Shown: in pieces, positions 1 through 13,452 of the stretch
How positions within the stretch are numbered: position 1 is the first letter of the stretch
Layout of the letters: each line of letters opens with the position of its first letter
Source of the DNA: Chiloscyllium plagiosum
Taxonomy: Eukaryota
Direction of reading: 5' to 3'
Assembly (NCBI RefSeq): GCF_004010195.1
Contig: NC_057749.1
Span: 18,454,488 to 18,518,487, forward strand
DNA length: 64,000 nt
Notes under the pieces: generated by a model
Told to the model about the DNA's origin: nothing
What the model saw: only the letters and a program-made list of their open reading frames with translations
Databases searched by the model: none
Program-made: the position numbers and the translations under genes

Positions 1-350
1 GGAACGACACCTCATCTTCTGCCTGGGCAGCCTACAGCCTGGAGGACTCAACATTGAGTTCTCCAATTTCAAATAACCTCCCTTCCCATCACCCAACTCC
101 CTTCCCAGCTCCTCCTCCTCCCTTGCACTCCTCTCAGCCACCAACTGGATTCATTCCTCCCATTGACCAACCAGGTCATACCCCCTGCCTGTCTTCACCT
201 ATCCTCATTTCACTTCCCACCCCACCCTTGCCACCCACTTTATCTGTAGCTCCCCCTACACCCAGCCCCAGTCCTGAATTGTTGACTTCTCTACCTCCTG
301 TTGCTGCCTAGCTTGCTGTGTTCTTCCAGCCTCCTCCTGTCTGTCTAATT
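1..350 (+). mobile_element. PLE 3' end (GIY-YIG C-terminus + terminal region)
   Basis: Reads ERHLIFCLGSLQPGGLNIEFSNFK*. Downstream sequence resembles 29030-29400 (inverted) and 30170-30290. The hammerhead centre is deleted (agtcctgaa-ttgttgact). Confidence 0.8.
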
Positions 351-2032
351 TGTGTTACACTTGTCTGCTGCGTATATTGGATTGCAAAACACCTTTCCTA
401 TCAGCTTCTGGGGTGGCCAATATCCTTGTGTCGCAAGAAAAAAGGACCACAAGTCATACCAAGGAACCATGTTAATCACGACTGTGCAGAGCTCAATATT
501 GCAGTCTTAATGTTTGGAAAATTTCATGTGAATTATGAACACTGTGAAAATTATCTGCACATTTTCAAAACTGGAACCATAGTGTAACCAATTGCAGCTT
601 TATTAAACAGAGCAAGCATAGCCTGCCTGTGAGAGCATATTCTGCCCCATCACACATTGCATTCTAACTGTGTTGTTGGTGAATTCAAAATTCAGCCTGG
701 CTCTGTAAATGCTTTCAAGTTGAATATTTGATTATTAAACTGAGAGATTTAGACACCATTTATAACAATAATGTAACTGGTTGCAACAATCCAAACACAT
801 TACTGCAGACACTAGAAATTTGAAGTGAAAACAGCAGTAGACATATCAGGTCAGTGATCTTTAATCATCGTGGATTATAAATAATCTTAATACACAAAGT
901 AGCTGAGTATAACATCAGTATGTGTTGGATCCGTTTATCTCAGCTTGGTAGCTTCAGGGAAGAATGATGATCCTTACAGATCATCGGAGAGGGATTGTTG
1001 ACCAGTGTTCCTACTCCTAATTGTCATAGAACAGCCCTTGTACATGCATGCAGATACCACGTGTATTTGGGGACAGCCTTGCCTTTGAGCCAGCGTCGTT
1101 CATGCATGGACAAGGGCTGCTGTGTCAGGGTCCACGGAAAAGGATGCAAGCAGGATGTTGGCAAAGTGACACTGCTTACAGAACGAAACAAGGTGAGAAA
1201 CCGCTGGCATTCAATTCTATGCTGAATTGGGTGTGTATTGCAAAACAGTAGGAGGGAGTACTATGAAACAGCAAATTTCAATATTTTATCAGTGAAGAAC
1301 AATTTTGGTTGGGTATTTCCTTGATTGTGTTTATGTTGAAATGAGCAGTTTCTGAGCCAGTCTTGCTCATAGTAACTTGTGCCTAACTTTCTGTTGGAAC
1401 TCATTTAACTTCACCAGAACACGAGGGACCATTGAATGAGCACAATATTCTCAATTGATGTGGCAGTGAGAGGGTTGCTTTGTGCAGCCATGGCACCTCA
1501 CTCTGTGCCACTTTGTTGCCGTAAGTCCCCTCCTGTTATTATTTAGAACAGGGATTTATTTTCCAACTGCTTCATGGGTTGTTGGAGTGAGGAGGTGAAG
1601 TGTGCAAAATTCAATTTCCAGTGCACTGAAACCTACAGCACAGCACCTTTAAATTATCATCAGCTATCCCTTGATTCATATTGTGGAGCTTCATGTGACT
1701 GAACAGGACAATTGCCAATCCACAGCCCTTTAACTATTTGGAGAAATAAGTCCTGGCAGAGTAGGGAATCTGGAGTGCAGGACTTGTTTCATTTCCTTTT
1801 CTGTTGCTTTGCCTCATCGTTAAGGCAGTGTGATGGAGCCTGATGAATAAGTTGTCGCTATCTTGATTAAGTGGTAGCAGGTTCCTCTAGTCATCACCTT
1901 CAGTGCTGCCACTCTTCGAGGATAGCTTCAGATGGTCTTTGTAGCATTTTCTTTGACATCCCCTGGAATACTGGTCACTTGAAAAGTTAAAAAAATTGGG
2001 AAGATGTTGTTCAACGTGAAAGTGTTGTAAAA

Positions 2033-2500
2033 AAAGGATGTTCCCAAGACTGAAAGGTTTGAGTTATAAGAAGAGGCTGGATAGGCTGGGTCTTTTTTCC
2101 CCTGGAGGGTTGGAGGTTGAGGGATGACCACATAGAGATGTATAAAATCATGAGGGGCATGGATAGGGTGAATAGCCAAGGTCTTTTCCCCAAGGTAGGG
2201 GAGTCCAGAACTAGAGGACATAGGGTGAGAGAGGAAAGATTTAAAAGGGACCTGAAGGGTAACTTTTTCACCCAAAGGGTGATGTGTGTATGGAATGAAC
2301 TGCCAGAGGAAATGGTGGAGGCTGGTACAATTAGAACATTTAAAAGGCATATTTGTATGGGTGTATGAATAGGAAGGATTTGGAGGGATATGGGCCAAAT
2401 GCTGGCAAATGTGACTGGATTAATTCAGGATATCTGGGTGGCATGAATGAGTTGGATGGAAGGGTCTGTTTCTGTGCTGTACATCTCAATGACTCTGTGA
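2033..2500 (+). mobile_element. CR1 LINE 3' end, 5'-truncated
   Basis: ORF 2117-2368 (YKIMRGMDRV...FFTQRV..WNELPEE) is the CR1 ORF2 C-terminus, followed by the family 3' UTR ending atgactct. Confidence 0.9.
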
Positions 2501-3474
2501 CCTAGCCAGCGAGAAGGTTGTCAGCGATTCAGGGCAGTGTCTAGTCCAACACAGTTGATTTTGCAGGAGTTTTTTCTAAATGCTTGCAGAGCTGCTTTTG
2601 AGAAGGACATTGGCATTTGTTCAACCCATTGAATCCAGAGGATGAAGCAGAAATACTCTTGGTAGAATTTCACTAATGCTCTGATATGTCACTGATGCAC
2701 AGTGTAGCTCTCCCTGCAGTGTGTATTTAAGTTCAATAAAGTCTGGTGTAGATCTCAGTAAGAAAAATTCTAAAAGAATTCAAAAGAAAATCTCCTCAAA
2801 TTTCAATTATACTGACTTCAGTTATCTTTGGGATGTGCCTGAAATTTTGCCGATATAAATACAGGACCCTTAAACTTGAATAAGTAGATAAGTATAGGTG
2901 GATGTTTCTTGGAAACACTCATAATGGAGGAAATCCATGTGCTATGTGTGGTGTTTCATAATAAAACCAGCACAACTCACTCACTTGCAAATTAGACCTG
3001 AGGAAAAGCCACAAATTTACTTTATCCTAGTTCCAAAACACAGTTCCAGGAATTTACAGGCCACTGTTGGGAAAGGCTGTTGTCGGTGTAGAACAGTGTA
3101 TGGGTGAGGAAGCAGAGACCTATCTGGAGGGAAGGGAAGTAATCTGTCTTTTTAGTGCTGGTTCTGTTCAAACACTGAACTGCTGGTAAACGACTGCAGG
3201 GTGACCTCTGGCAGCTAGTCAAGCCCGTCTGTGTAAATGCTGAGGAGCGGTCAGGTTTCAGGAAACGCTGATGTTTTTTATTCCTAATGAAAAGTGAATT
3301 TGTTGTACAGATTGCTTGCTAACATACCATTCCGATTAGGCACACATTACCTCAGTGTGGGTCAGGTTACAGAGTAGGTGTGTGTGTGTGTGTTTCTAAT
3401 GCTCAGTCATTCAAACACAAACACACAATGATACAAGTATTGACAGAACGAAGGGCTGAATAGGTAGTTACTCA

Positions 3475-3620
3475 AATTCATACAGAATGGAAACAGACCC
3501 TTCGGCCCAATTCGACCATACTCACCAAGTTTCCCAAATTAAACTAATCCAGTTTGCCTGCATTTGGTCCATATCCCTCTAAACCTTACCTGTCCAATGT
3601 CTTCTAAATGTTGCAATGTG
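3475..3620 (-). mobile_element. CR1 3' UTR fragment
   Basis: Reverse complement of the CR1 tail (gaaacagacccttcggcccaa...catatccctctaaacc). Confidence 0.8.
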
Positions 3621-4157
3621 GCAGAATGTGAGAGTTGGTTTTTCTCGGGCTTGGAGTGGTGGGACCTTTATAGTTTGCCATTTATATCAATAACATGGAC
3701 TCTAGACTCAGAAATACAAGATTAAAAGTTGCCAAGCTGGGGAGGTAGAAGCACAACTATGACAAAATGCAAGACCCCATATCAGAATTGTGAAAATGGC
3801 TAACGCATTTAAACCCAGCGAAGTGAGAGATTTTGGAAGGAGAAATAAAAAGACCACATATGCTTTAGAAGTAATTGGGATAGGGATCAAGGGAGTCTAG
3901 GACTATTGATATGCAAAGTATGAAAAGATCAATGGGACATTATCCAAGCTGTAAAAACCAGCAATCAGAGCACTGAGGTTCATTTCAAATGGGGGTAAAA
4001 TTGAAAATTAGATAAGTTATTTAAGCTTGCACAAAAGCTTGTTGAAACCACACTTCGTATTCTGTGCACTTCAGCTATCATGTTGAAGTGTAATGAAAGT
4101 GCAAAAATAATTTGGGACATTATGATGGTAGTCATTTGCATTGTCTGATTTAAATAC

Positions 4158-4495
4158 ATGATGGTGTGGTGGTAATGTCACTGGTGTAGCAATCCGGAGT
4201 ACCAGGCTAATGGTTCAGAAACATGGATTCGAATCCCGATTTGGTGGATGGTGAAATTTGAAGTCAATGACAAAACAAGTGAGATTAAAAGCTAGACTAA
4301 TGGCGACCACTGATTGTAGTAAAAATCCATCTGGTTCAGTAATGACCTTTTTTTAAGAAAGGAAATAGGTCATCCTTACTTTGTCTGACTTACACAGCAA
4401 TGTGGTTGACTCTTAATTGCATCTGAAATGGCCTAGGAGCCAATCAGTTTGTAACGAGGGATGGGCAACAAATGTCAGCCTTGCCAGAGATTGAC
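4158..4495 (+). mobile_element. tRNA-headed SINE, short form of the 36440-38850 family
   Basis: B-box-like gattcgaatccc, core catctggttcagtaatg...cagcaatgtggttgactcttaa, tail gggatgggcaacaaatgtcagccttgccag. Confidence 0.8.
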
Positions 4496-4940
4496 TAGAA
4501 TAATTTTTAAAGTGTAAAAAAAAAAGTCATAAGACGGTCAGAGTGGTCACTTGACCAAAGGCGCAGAAGTAGACCATTCAGCCAATTGAGTCCACTTTGC
4601 CATTCCGTGAGATTGTGGCTGAGCTGATCATCCTTGACTCTGCTTAAATACCTTATGCCTAACACCTTTGATTCCTCTGACTAAAAATCAGTCTCTCACT
4701 CTTGAATATACTTAACGATACAGCCTTGACAGTGTTAAAGAATTCCACAGGTTCACTACCCTCAGAGAAAAATGTCCTTGTCATCTGTCTTAAATGAGTG
4801 AGTCCATACTCTGCCTTGTGGTGCTACTCTCTCCCACAAGGGGAAACAACCTCTACATATCTGCTCTGTCAAGCCCTCAAAGTATCTTATATGTTGCCGT
4901 AAGATCTTTCATTCTTGTAAACTTTAATGAGTACAAATCT

Positions 4941-5008
4941 GTTCCCTGTTCTCCTGTTCCCTGGATGCTGCCTGACCTGCTGCGCTTTTCCAGCAACACA
5001 TTTTCAGC
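4941..5008 (+). mobile_element. 68-bp PLE terminal fragment with 13-bp TSD
   Basis: Matches the arm at 13395-13440 (ctcctgttccctggatgctgcctgacctgctg). tgagtacaaatct occurs at 4928-4940 and 5009-5021. Confidence 0.85.
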
Positions 5009-5439
5009 TGAGTACAAATCTAACCAAGGAAACCTGTCCTCATAAGACAATTGTTCTATGCTTGGGGTCAACTGAGTGAGCCTTCCCTGGACTATCTGCA
5101 CTGCATTATGTCTTTTCTTAGGTAAGGAGACCAAACCTATTCACATTATTCTAGTCTAACTACTGTCTTGTATAATTTTAGCAAGACTTCCCAATCTTTA
5201 TATTCCATTCCCTTTGAAATATAGGCCAACATTCCATTTGCCTTCCCTATTATCCACTAAACATATATGTGAGCAACTTGTAATTCGTGCACAAGGATCC
5301 CAAATGTATCTGTGCTACAACTTTCTCAGGCTCTCCTCATTTAAATTATGTCCAGCTCTTCTATTCTTCCTATCCATGTGCACAACCTCACATTTTCCCA
5401 CACTGTTCCATCTGCCAAGTTTTTGTCCACCCACTTAAC

Positions 5440-6520
5440 CCAGTGGATGGTCACAAGGGTCGGTGTTGGGTCCACTGCTTTTCATCATTTATATAAATGA
5501 TTTGGAATGTGAAGTTAGGAGGTATAGTTAGCAAGTTTACCGATGACACCAAAATTGGAGGTGTAGTGGACAGCAAAGAAGGATACCTCAGATTACAACG
5601 GGATCTTGATCAGATAGGCCAAGGAGTGGCAGATTGAGTTTAATTTAGATAAATGCGAGGTGCTACATTTTGGAAAAGCAAATCAGGGCAGGACTTGCAC
5701 ACTTAATGGTAAGGTCCTAGGGAGTGTTGCTGAACAAAGAGACCTTGGAGTGCAGGTTCATAGTTCCTTGAAAGTGAAGTCGCAGGTAGATAGGATAGTG
5801 AAGAAGGCGTTTGGTATGCTTTCCTTTATTGGTCAGAGCATTGAGTATAGGATATGGAAGGTCATGTTTCTGCTCTGCAGGACATTGGTTAGGCCACTTT
5901 TGTGTGCAATTCCCGTCTCCCTCCTGTAGGAAGAACGTTGTGAACTTTGAAAGGGTTCAGAAAAGATTATAAGGATGTTGCCAGGGTTGGAGGGTTTGAG
6001 TTATAGGGAGAGGCTGAATAGGCTGGGGCTGTTTTCCCTGGAACGGGAACCTCATGAGGGGCATGGATAAGGTAAGTATACGCGATCTTTCCCCTGGACT
6101 AGAGGGCATAGGTTTAGGGTGAGAGGGGAAAAATTTAAAAGTGACCTAAGGAGCAACGTTTTCATGCAGAGGGCAGTGTGTCTATGGAATGAGCTTCCAG
6201 AGGAAGTGGTGGAGGCTGGTACAATTGTAACATTTAAAAGGCATTTGGATGTGTATATGAGTAGGCAGGGTTTAGAGGGAAGGCAGAAGTGGGTACTGTA
6301 GATGCTGGAGATCAGAGTCAAGATTAGAGTGGTGCTGGAAAAGCACAGCAGATCAGGCAGCATCTGAGGAGCAGGAAAATAGACATTCCAGGCAATAGCC
6401 CTTCAGCAACGAATGGTATGGGCTAAGTGCTGGCAAATGGGACTAGATTAATTCAGGATATCTGGGTGGCATGAATGAGTTGGATGGAAGGGTGTGTTTC
6501 TGTGCTGTACATCTCTATGA
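5440..6520 (+). mobile_element. CR1 LINE, RT C-terminal half + 3' UTR
   Basis: QGSVLGPLLF.IYINDL and KFTDDTK motifs, ORFs 5660-5929 and 6119-6301. Confidence 0.9.
6281..6416 (-). mobile_element. PLE terminal fragment inserted in the CR1 3' UTR, degenerate hammerhead
   Basis: Splits tttagaggga|tatggg of the CR1 tail. Similar to 14161-14290 and 13219-13345. Confidence 0.8.
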
Positions 6521-6752
6521 CCTATTTCCCTGTGTCAGCGTCACCTTTTGCTATCCCACCTATTTTTGTATCATATGCAGTCTTGGCTATAATGCATTCA
6601 CTTCCTCATCTAAGTTATTAATACCTACTGAAAATAGTTGCAGCGTTAATTGCTGTCGGACTCCACTAGTTGCAGGTTGCCATCCTGAAAATGCCCCTTC
6701 AACTTAACACTCCGTCTTCTATTTATTAACTAATCCTCTTTCTATGCTAATA

Positions 6753-6922
6753 CAGAACAACCTCAATTATCTGAATAAAATGGACAGGGAGTATTTTGTA
6801 CGGATAACTGAGAGTTTGGAAAATGGATTGTTCAGATAATGGATAGTGTTTTTACAGGACTTTGAATGTTTGGATAATCCGAAATTCAGATAACTGATGT
6901 TCAGATAATCGAGATTGTTCTG
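6753..6922. mobile_element. Tc1/mariner/pogo-type MITE (170 bp)
   Basis: Inverted termini cagaacaacctcaattatctgaa / ttcagataatcgagattgttctg, TA on both sides (6751-6752, 6923-6924), internal ttc(a/g)gataa repeats. Confidence 0.85.
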
Positions 6923-7515
6923 TATACCAACTCCAACGTGATGGGCTGTTCTCTAATTAAGTAGTTTTATGTGTAGTAGTTTATTGGAATTCTTTTTTGG
7001 AAATCCAAATATCTTGTGTATCGATTGGTTTTCCTTTATCTCTCCTATTTGTTACCATCGCAGGGTATTCTAATGAATTTGTCAGGCATGGTTTCCTATT
7101 CACGGAGCCATGCTGGCTCTGCTTAATTATATTTTGTGTATCTAAATGCCTTTATAATAAATCCTTTATAATAGCCTCCTTAACGTTTTCTCAATGGCAG
7201 ATGTTAAGCTAACTGACCTTGTGTCATTTCCTGGCTCCCTATCATTATTTCCCCAGCCTAGTTCTCCAAGCAGCCTCTTTCACTGTTACCTCCCTCTCTC
7301 TATGTATTTAAAGAAGCTCTTTCTATCCATTTTTCTTAATTTCCCTGGTTAGCCATGCTGGGTTTATTCCCTTCCTAGAATTCCCCTTCGCATTGGGCTG
7401 TACTTTTGCTGTGAATCACAAACTATTTTCTTAAGCATCTGTTGTTTTTCCTCAACAGCCTTTTCTGCTACACTCTTATCCAAGTCCACTGTAGCCTAGA
7501 ATTCTTATTTAATTG

Positions 7516-7786
7516 TCTCAGGCGACTGTCTGTGTGGAGTTTGCACATTCTCCCCGTGTCTGCATAGGTTTCCTCCGGGTGTTGCGGTTTCCTCCCACAA
7601 TCCGAAGATGTGCAGGTTAGGGGAACTGGCCATTCTAAATTGCCCATAGTGTTAGGTGCATTAGTCAGGGGTAAATATAAGGAAGGGGAATGGGTCTGGG
7701 TGGGTTGCTCTTTGGAGGGTCGGTGTGGACTTGTTGGGCCGAAGATTAGATACTGTAGAGTATCTAATCTAATCTAATCTAATCTA
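7516..7786 (+). mobile_element. HE1-like V-SINE, 5'-truncated, (TAATC)n tail
   Basis: Core tgtgtggagtttgcacattctccccgtgtctgc..ggtttcctccgggtg and tail ctaatctaatctaatctaatcta. Confidence 0.88.
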
Positions 7787-10169
7787 CCCGTAATCAAGTT
7801 TAACACAGTTGTTTCTGATCCAAGTTTCTCACCCTCAAACTGAACACTAGATTCTACCATGTTATGGTCACCATTCCTGGAGGATCTTTTACTTGGACCG
7901 TTCCTGAAATCTGCCTCTTTACACATGACCTGATCCAAAATAACCAACACATCATTCTAGAAATCTGTCCTCATTCCATTCAGTGAATGTTCCTCATGAT
8001 TACCTCTGCCAATTTCCCATGATCAATCTACTAAATTGGGCTGAGCTTGTGAAACCATCGATAAACAAGAATCAGTCTGAACTGAAATGAACATTATTGT
8101 AAAGAGGCATTGTAATTTAGATCTTGTTTGATTCACAACTTCCTGGGAGTGTCACATGTTAGCATGAAAGTTTCCTCCAAATTATCCAGCTTAAAGGAAA
8201 TCAATCCTGACATGGGAATACATAAATTAATCTATTTCAGGCAATAGCTATTTGGTGGGGAGAGAGAGAGAAGAAAATAGATTCATAAAGCAGACCTGGA
8301 AGATTTGCTCTCTCTCGTTTCTCCCAGCCTCTCTCAAAACTGAGCTCTGTGATAAAAAAAACAAATCTGGAGAAATACCCATTTATTAAGAAATCAAGGA
8401 TATCTACAGATTTTGCCACTGCTGAGGATACATATTAATAATTAAACAGCCGTGGTCTCAGGTTAAAATCTAATAGCTCAACACCTTTTACATTTTTTGA
8501 AGAATGCCTATTGATATCTCCTTATTTTATACTAGACACCTTGACATTTTTAACCTGCATCAACTGTGTTTGATGCAGCAATTTACTATTTATCTCCGGG
8601 TTAGTTAAGTAACAAAATTTCTCATTCCTTTAAACTATTTTACTAATTAGCTCCTAATTTTGTGTCTTGTGTTTTAAATGAAGTGTGATTATAGCTGCCT
8701 GCTCAAAATAATTTTGAAACTTTTATTGTAGCCAACCAAGGTGGTTTGAAAGGTCAATTCCTCATCTGTCCATCAGAATAATACCAGAACCGATGAGGGT
8801 TTTAACAATCAAGAACAATTAAACAGACGGAGGTCTTTTTTTTTCCAAAGAAAGAGTGAGAGAAGGCTGAGGATGTTAACATTAGAATAGGATTTTGTTA
8901 GGTAAATATAATGAAGAGAATTCCATTTCTGTGGTGTTCAATAGTAGGAACCATAAATATTTGATTTATTGAAAGCTAACTTATAAGGGTTTCAGGGAAA
9001 ACCTCTTCACCCAGAGAGTGCTTTGCATGTGGAGCTTACTGTTGGACTTGTCATGGTTGATATGAATAGATAGATGCATTTAAAGGGAAACTGGATAAGT
9101 GCACGAAGGAGAAGTCAATGAAATAAACTGTGGAAGTGATCTTGTGTGGAGCAGAATTCCTGTTGTGTTGAATGGTCTGTTATGCATTCTGTGAAGGCAG
9201 CACGCTGATTCTCGATGAGTTGAAATATCTGTAACCTGTGCTGACATGTTAAGTGAAGTGAAGCTAACAGGGTTCTTGCTTAATGGCAGTGCTGACTACA
9301 AACGGTGTGGGCCAAGCAGGATCAATATGCAGGGCTATTGTATCACATCTGGCCTGTTTTAGTGTGGAGAAACAGCTATTTAAAGAATGGGGCAGGATAA
9401 AGCAGTTTCAAACATTGTTCCAGGTGGAATGATATTGCTGGGGACTGGGGAGAAATAATTATCTTTCAAACATGTGTATTCGGTACTCCATCATTTACCA
9501 CATCCCCATTACACCATGCAGTGTTAAGCATGTTGTAGGGTTAACTCTGCCTCACTATAATTGATGTCACTTTGTTTTCAGATGAGCAGAAATCAATATA
9601 TCCATTTTGTGGAGCACAGTCTTATCATCTCTGAACTGTTCCCAGCCTGTTAACTTCACTACAGTGAACTCAATACCTGGCATGTGCTGTAACTTGTTTT
9701 TTTTCCACCTCTGAAAGCCTGTGCCCTTTGACGGTGTGTTAAGGGAACTGGTCATGCAGTTTACTCTTCTTTTCTGTTCTTTCGATGCTCTCTCATACAT
9801 TTGGTGTGGGAGTTTTCTGTTGCCTTGCACTCCTAAAGGCCAATGGATGGGTATAACTTTCAGAGGACCCAATGTTTTGATGAAATTACCTCTTATAAAA
9901 CGGAGTAGGAGCTGAGAAAGATTTTTTAAAAGTCTCCACAACTGGCCATTTATTGAATCATTCAGATCATTGAACTCATGCTTGCTGTTTGAAAGAGGAA
10001 TCCGGTTAGATTTGTTATGGGTCAGGCCAGACCCCCTCAAAATATTTTAAGAAGGTAGCCTAGCCTTTTCTTCTTTTAAAGATCGATGTGAAGTGGATGT
10101 TCCAGGTGTGATGCAGCTGGTCAAACCACTCAGCTTTAAGAAAAGCAATTTATTTAAACACCATACTTA

Positions 10170-10515
10170 AAGTCATAGAGTCTCGGTCTAACCGACTCTA
10201 TGTCTCGGTCTCGGTCTGTCCATGCCAACCAGATATCCCAACCCAATCTAGTCCCACCTGCCAGCACCCAGCCCGTATCTCTCCAAACCCTTCCTATTCA
10301 TATACTCATCCAAATGCCTCTTAAATGTTGCAATTGTACCAGCCTCCACCACATCCTCTGGCAGCTCATTCCATACACGTACCACCCTCTGCGTGAAAAA
10401 GTTGCCCCTTAGGTCTCTTTTATATCTTTCCCCTCACCCTAAACCTATGCCCTCTAGTGCTAGATTCCCCGACCCCAGGGAAAAGACTTTGCCTATTTAT
10501 CCTATCCATGCCCTT
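10170..10515 (-). mobile_element. CR1 3' end
   Basis: Reverse complement of the CR1 ORF2 end and 3' UTR (GMDRINRQSLFPGVGESSTRGHR). Confidence 0.9.
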
Positions 10516-10879
10516 TTCTATTTTGTGGATATCTGTGAAGCTATGATTATTGACAAGGTGAGTGCTGAGAGGGTGTTTTCGAAGTCCAGGACCAGAGGAC
10601 AAAATCTCAGAATAAGGAGTTGTTCATGTAAAACAGAGAAGAACTTTTTTTTCTCTGAGGGTTTTTTGAATCTGTGGAATTCTTTACCACAGAGGATCAT
10701 TAAGGCAGGGTCATTAAGTATTCTCAAGAGATAGATTTTTAAACATCAGTTAGGGAACTAAGCATTACAGGGATATGGCAGGAAAGTAGAATTTGGGCCA
10801 ACATTCTATTTGCCTTCCTTATTATCCGGTGAACTTAAATTCTGGCTTTTCCTGAGTTTTGTATGGCACCCCCACATTC

Positions 10880-11340
10880 CTCTCTAGTCAATGTCAACCC
10901 CAAGGATGTTGAAATTGGAGAATTCAACAATGATAATGCCATTGAATGTCAACACAGCTCTCTTGTGTTGGAGACGGTCATTGCTTGGCACATGTTTGAC
11001 ATGAACGTTTGCCCAAGCATTTGCGCATATGTTGTTTCAGTATCTGAGGAATTGCAAATGGTGCTAAACATCAGCAAACATTTTCATGTCTGACCTCATG
11101 ATAGAGGGAAGGTCATTGATGAAGCAGCTGAAGATGGTACCCTGAGGAACTGCGTCAGAAATATCCTGAAATTGACATGACTGACCTCTAGCCACCACAA
11201 CCACCACCTTATGGGTCAGGTATGACTGCAACCAGAAAGGAATTTTTCCCGTGATACCCACTGACTTCAATTTTGTTCTTGGTTCTTGATGTCACACTCA
11301 GTCAAGTGCAGCCTTCATGTCAAGGATAGTAACCTTCATC
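10880..11340 (-). mobile_element. LINE RT fragment, same family as the 36440-38850 body
   Basis: ORF 11064-11270 VPQGTIFSCFINDLPS..MFAD matches 37900-37990. Confidence 0.8.
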
Positions 11341-13218
11341 ACTTTATCTCCTCGATCACCATCCTGCTCACCTCCCACTCACTGTCCTTCTTGTCAACTT
11401 TCTCACTGTCTTCCTCCCAACTCTCAAGCTGTCACTGCCTCACCCATCTTCACACTTGCTGTACCCCTTCCTGAGTGGTGGTAGGTCAGCCCACAAGCTG
11501 GGTAGCAAGTGGAGCAGTGAGTTAAATGGAGATTGGGGCAATGAGTTGCAGGCAGCAGGTGATACAGAAGAATCAAAATGCAAGTGGGAGGCAGCAGGTG
11601 TACAGTGGTGACGGAAACAGCAACAACTCCTTTCTTTGTGCGATGGTAGAAGAGAGAAGGCCACCTTGCTGATCTTTGAGTGGTCCCATTCTCTCCCTAG
11701 TTACCCTTTTGTCCTTAATATATTTGTAAAAACCACTAAAGAAATCCGAATTTAGAATAACTTAACTATTGGAAAACCTAACTGACCCGATACAGCATCT
11801 TAACTCATTAACTGTTTCATTATAGTAACATCCCATAAACACACCCCTTGGCAAAAAGGTAAATTCAAACACCGACTCTTACAGACAGGAGTGAACAGTT
11901 TCCAGAAATAGATTTCAGAAGGAAGTCAGAGGAATTCTTTTCTGAAGCTTGCAACTCTCTTGACACTCACATCTCATGACTGCTACAACTAAAACAAACT
12001 AGAAAAAACCTGAACTGGAAGAATTGGCCGACTCCCCTTCCATTTTTAACTAGATGCTTTGGCACCTCTGCCTTTACAACCTCTCTTAAAAAAAACCAAG
12101 GACAAAATAACATTTTTAAAGTGACAACATTGTCACAGCATTTCATTCTTGCTCTTTTATCCATAGCCCTGGAGTAGATTCCTTTTCCTGAGTACTCAAA
12201 AATAAAATCCTTTTTGACTGTTACTATACAATCTGCTTCAGGCCCCCTAACAGGTAATGCAGTCCTGGTCACCATAACTTGCGCTTTTCAAAAAAAAATA
12301 CTCCTCGTTTCCCATCTGGCTTCTTTCACCACAATCGAGATCTGGTTGCCAGTGGCAAATTTCACCTTATCTATCCAGTCAAGCTCCCTGATCATTTTGA
12401 GCACCCCTATTCAATCTTTCCTTAATTTTCTTTCTTTGAATTGTTCTCCAGCCTGTTACCCTTGGTTTAAAATCACTGTCGCAACAAATGAGCCAGGAGT
12501 TTTTAACCACAACATATTCTGATGGATGTGTTAATGATTTTTGTTCTTAAGTAGCAACTGACTAAAGGTCAATTGATGCTCTACTGCGTGCTGCAGGAAA
12601 GAGGGAAGTGTGAGATCCCTCGAGAGGTATGCGAGCTGACTGCCGAGGTAGATCCTGTGCCTGACAGCACTGATTTCCTTAGCTTGCTTCATATCAATCC
12701 AATCTAGATCAACAGCCAATTGAATGATGTAATTGGTCATAAATGGTAGCAATTAATTAAAGTTAAACAGAAAATTCTCAGGCCCAGAGAAATAGCTTGA
12801 AATTCCAACTATGACTGACCCTCTGCAAAGGTCACAGGATTGTTTCCAGCATTGGTGGCAAAGAACGCAAAAGGGTATCTCAAGATCATCTGCTCTGGGT
12901 CAAGTTGAGTCTTTTTAGAAGCAGCGAGTAAAGAATTTGGATTTACGTCCCAATCTCACTAAAGTTGTCTCTTGCCACTCTCACAACAAAAGGTAATAGC
13001 AGTAGCTTGCGAGTAAGTAGCTCATTTAGGAAAACGTTGAGACAAATTTTGACACTGAACAGAGGATGGAGTTGTGAGTACCAAGGACCATGAAAAGAGG
13101 AAAGTTGGAAGGAAGTTGAGGAAGCAGTGTAAGAGATCCCCAAGGAAACAGTGACCATAACATGGTAGAATTTAGCATTCAGTTCGAGAATGAGAATCTT
13201 GGATTAGAAACAACTGTG

Positions 13219-13452
13219 AGGAGAAAGTGAGGTCTGCAGATGCTGGAGATCAAAGTTGAAACTTTATTGCTGGAACAGCACAGCAGGTCAGGCAGCATCC
13301 AGGGAACAGGAGATTCGACGTTTCGGGCACAGGCCCTTCTTCAGGCCCTTCACAGGCCATTCCTGAAGAAGGGCCTGTGCCCGAAACGTCGAATCTCCTG
13401 TTCCCTGGATGCTGCCTGACCTGCTGTGCTGTTCCAGCAATAAAGTTTCAAT
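13219..13452. mobile_element. Palindromic PLE mini-insertion (234 bp) with 15-bp TSD
   Basis: Perfect 90-bp inverted arms 13256-13345 and 13362-13451. ttagaaacaactgtg occurs at 13204-13218 and 13453-13467. Confidence 0.92.
13359..13394 (+). ncRNA. Minimal type I hammerhead ribozyme motif
   Basis: AUUC-CUGAAGA-A-GGGC(CUGU)GCCC-GAAAC-GUC^GAAU, stems I and II pair. Predicted cleavage after 13390. Confidence 0.75.

Larger units (their letters stand above)
4530..8030 (-). mobile_element. Old CR1-type LINE on the minus strand hosting nested insertions
   Basis: Degenerate ORF2 pieces at about 4530-5440, 6520-7500 and 7790-8030, interrupted by a PLE fragment, a younger CR1, a MITE and an HE1 SINE. 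Confidence 0.7.
10013..12126. mobile_element. Possible solo-LTR-like element split by nested LINE fragments
   Basis: tgttat... start and ...gtgaca end. Unique-looking segments 10013-10168 and about 11735-12126 bracket LINE pieces. No TSD found. Confidence 0.3.

Noticed and set aside
9567..10040. 157-aa minus-strand ORF (also 41760-42164)
   Set aside because: No recognisable domain or splice structure, consistent with chance.
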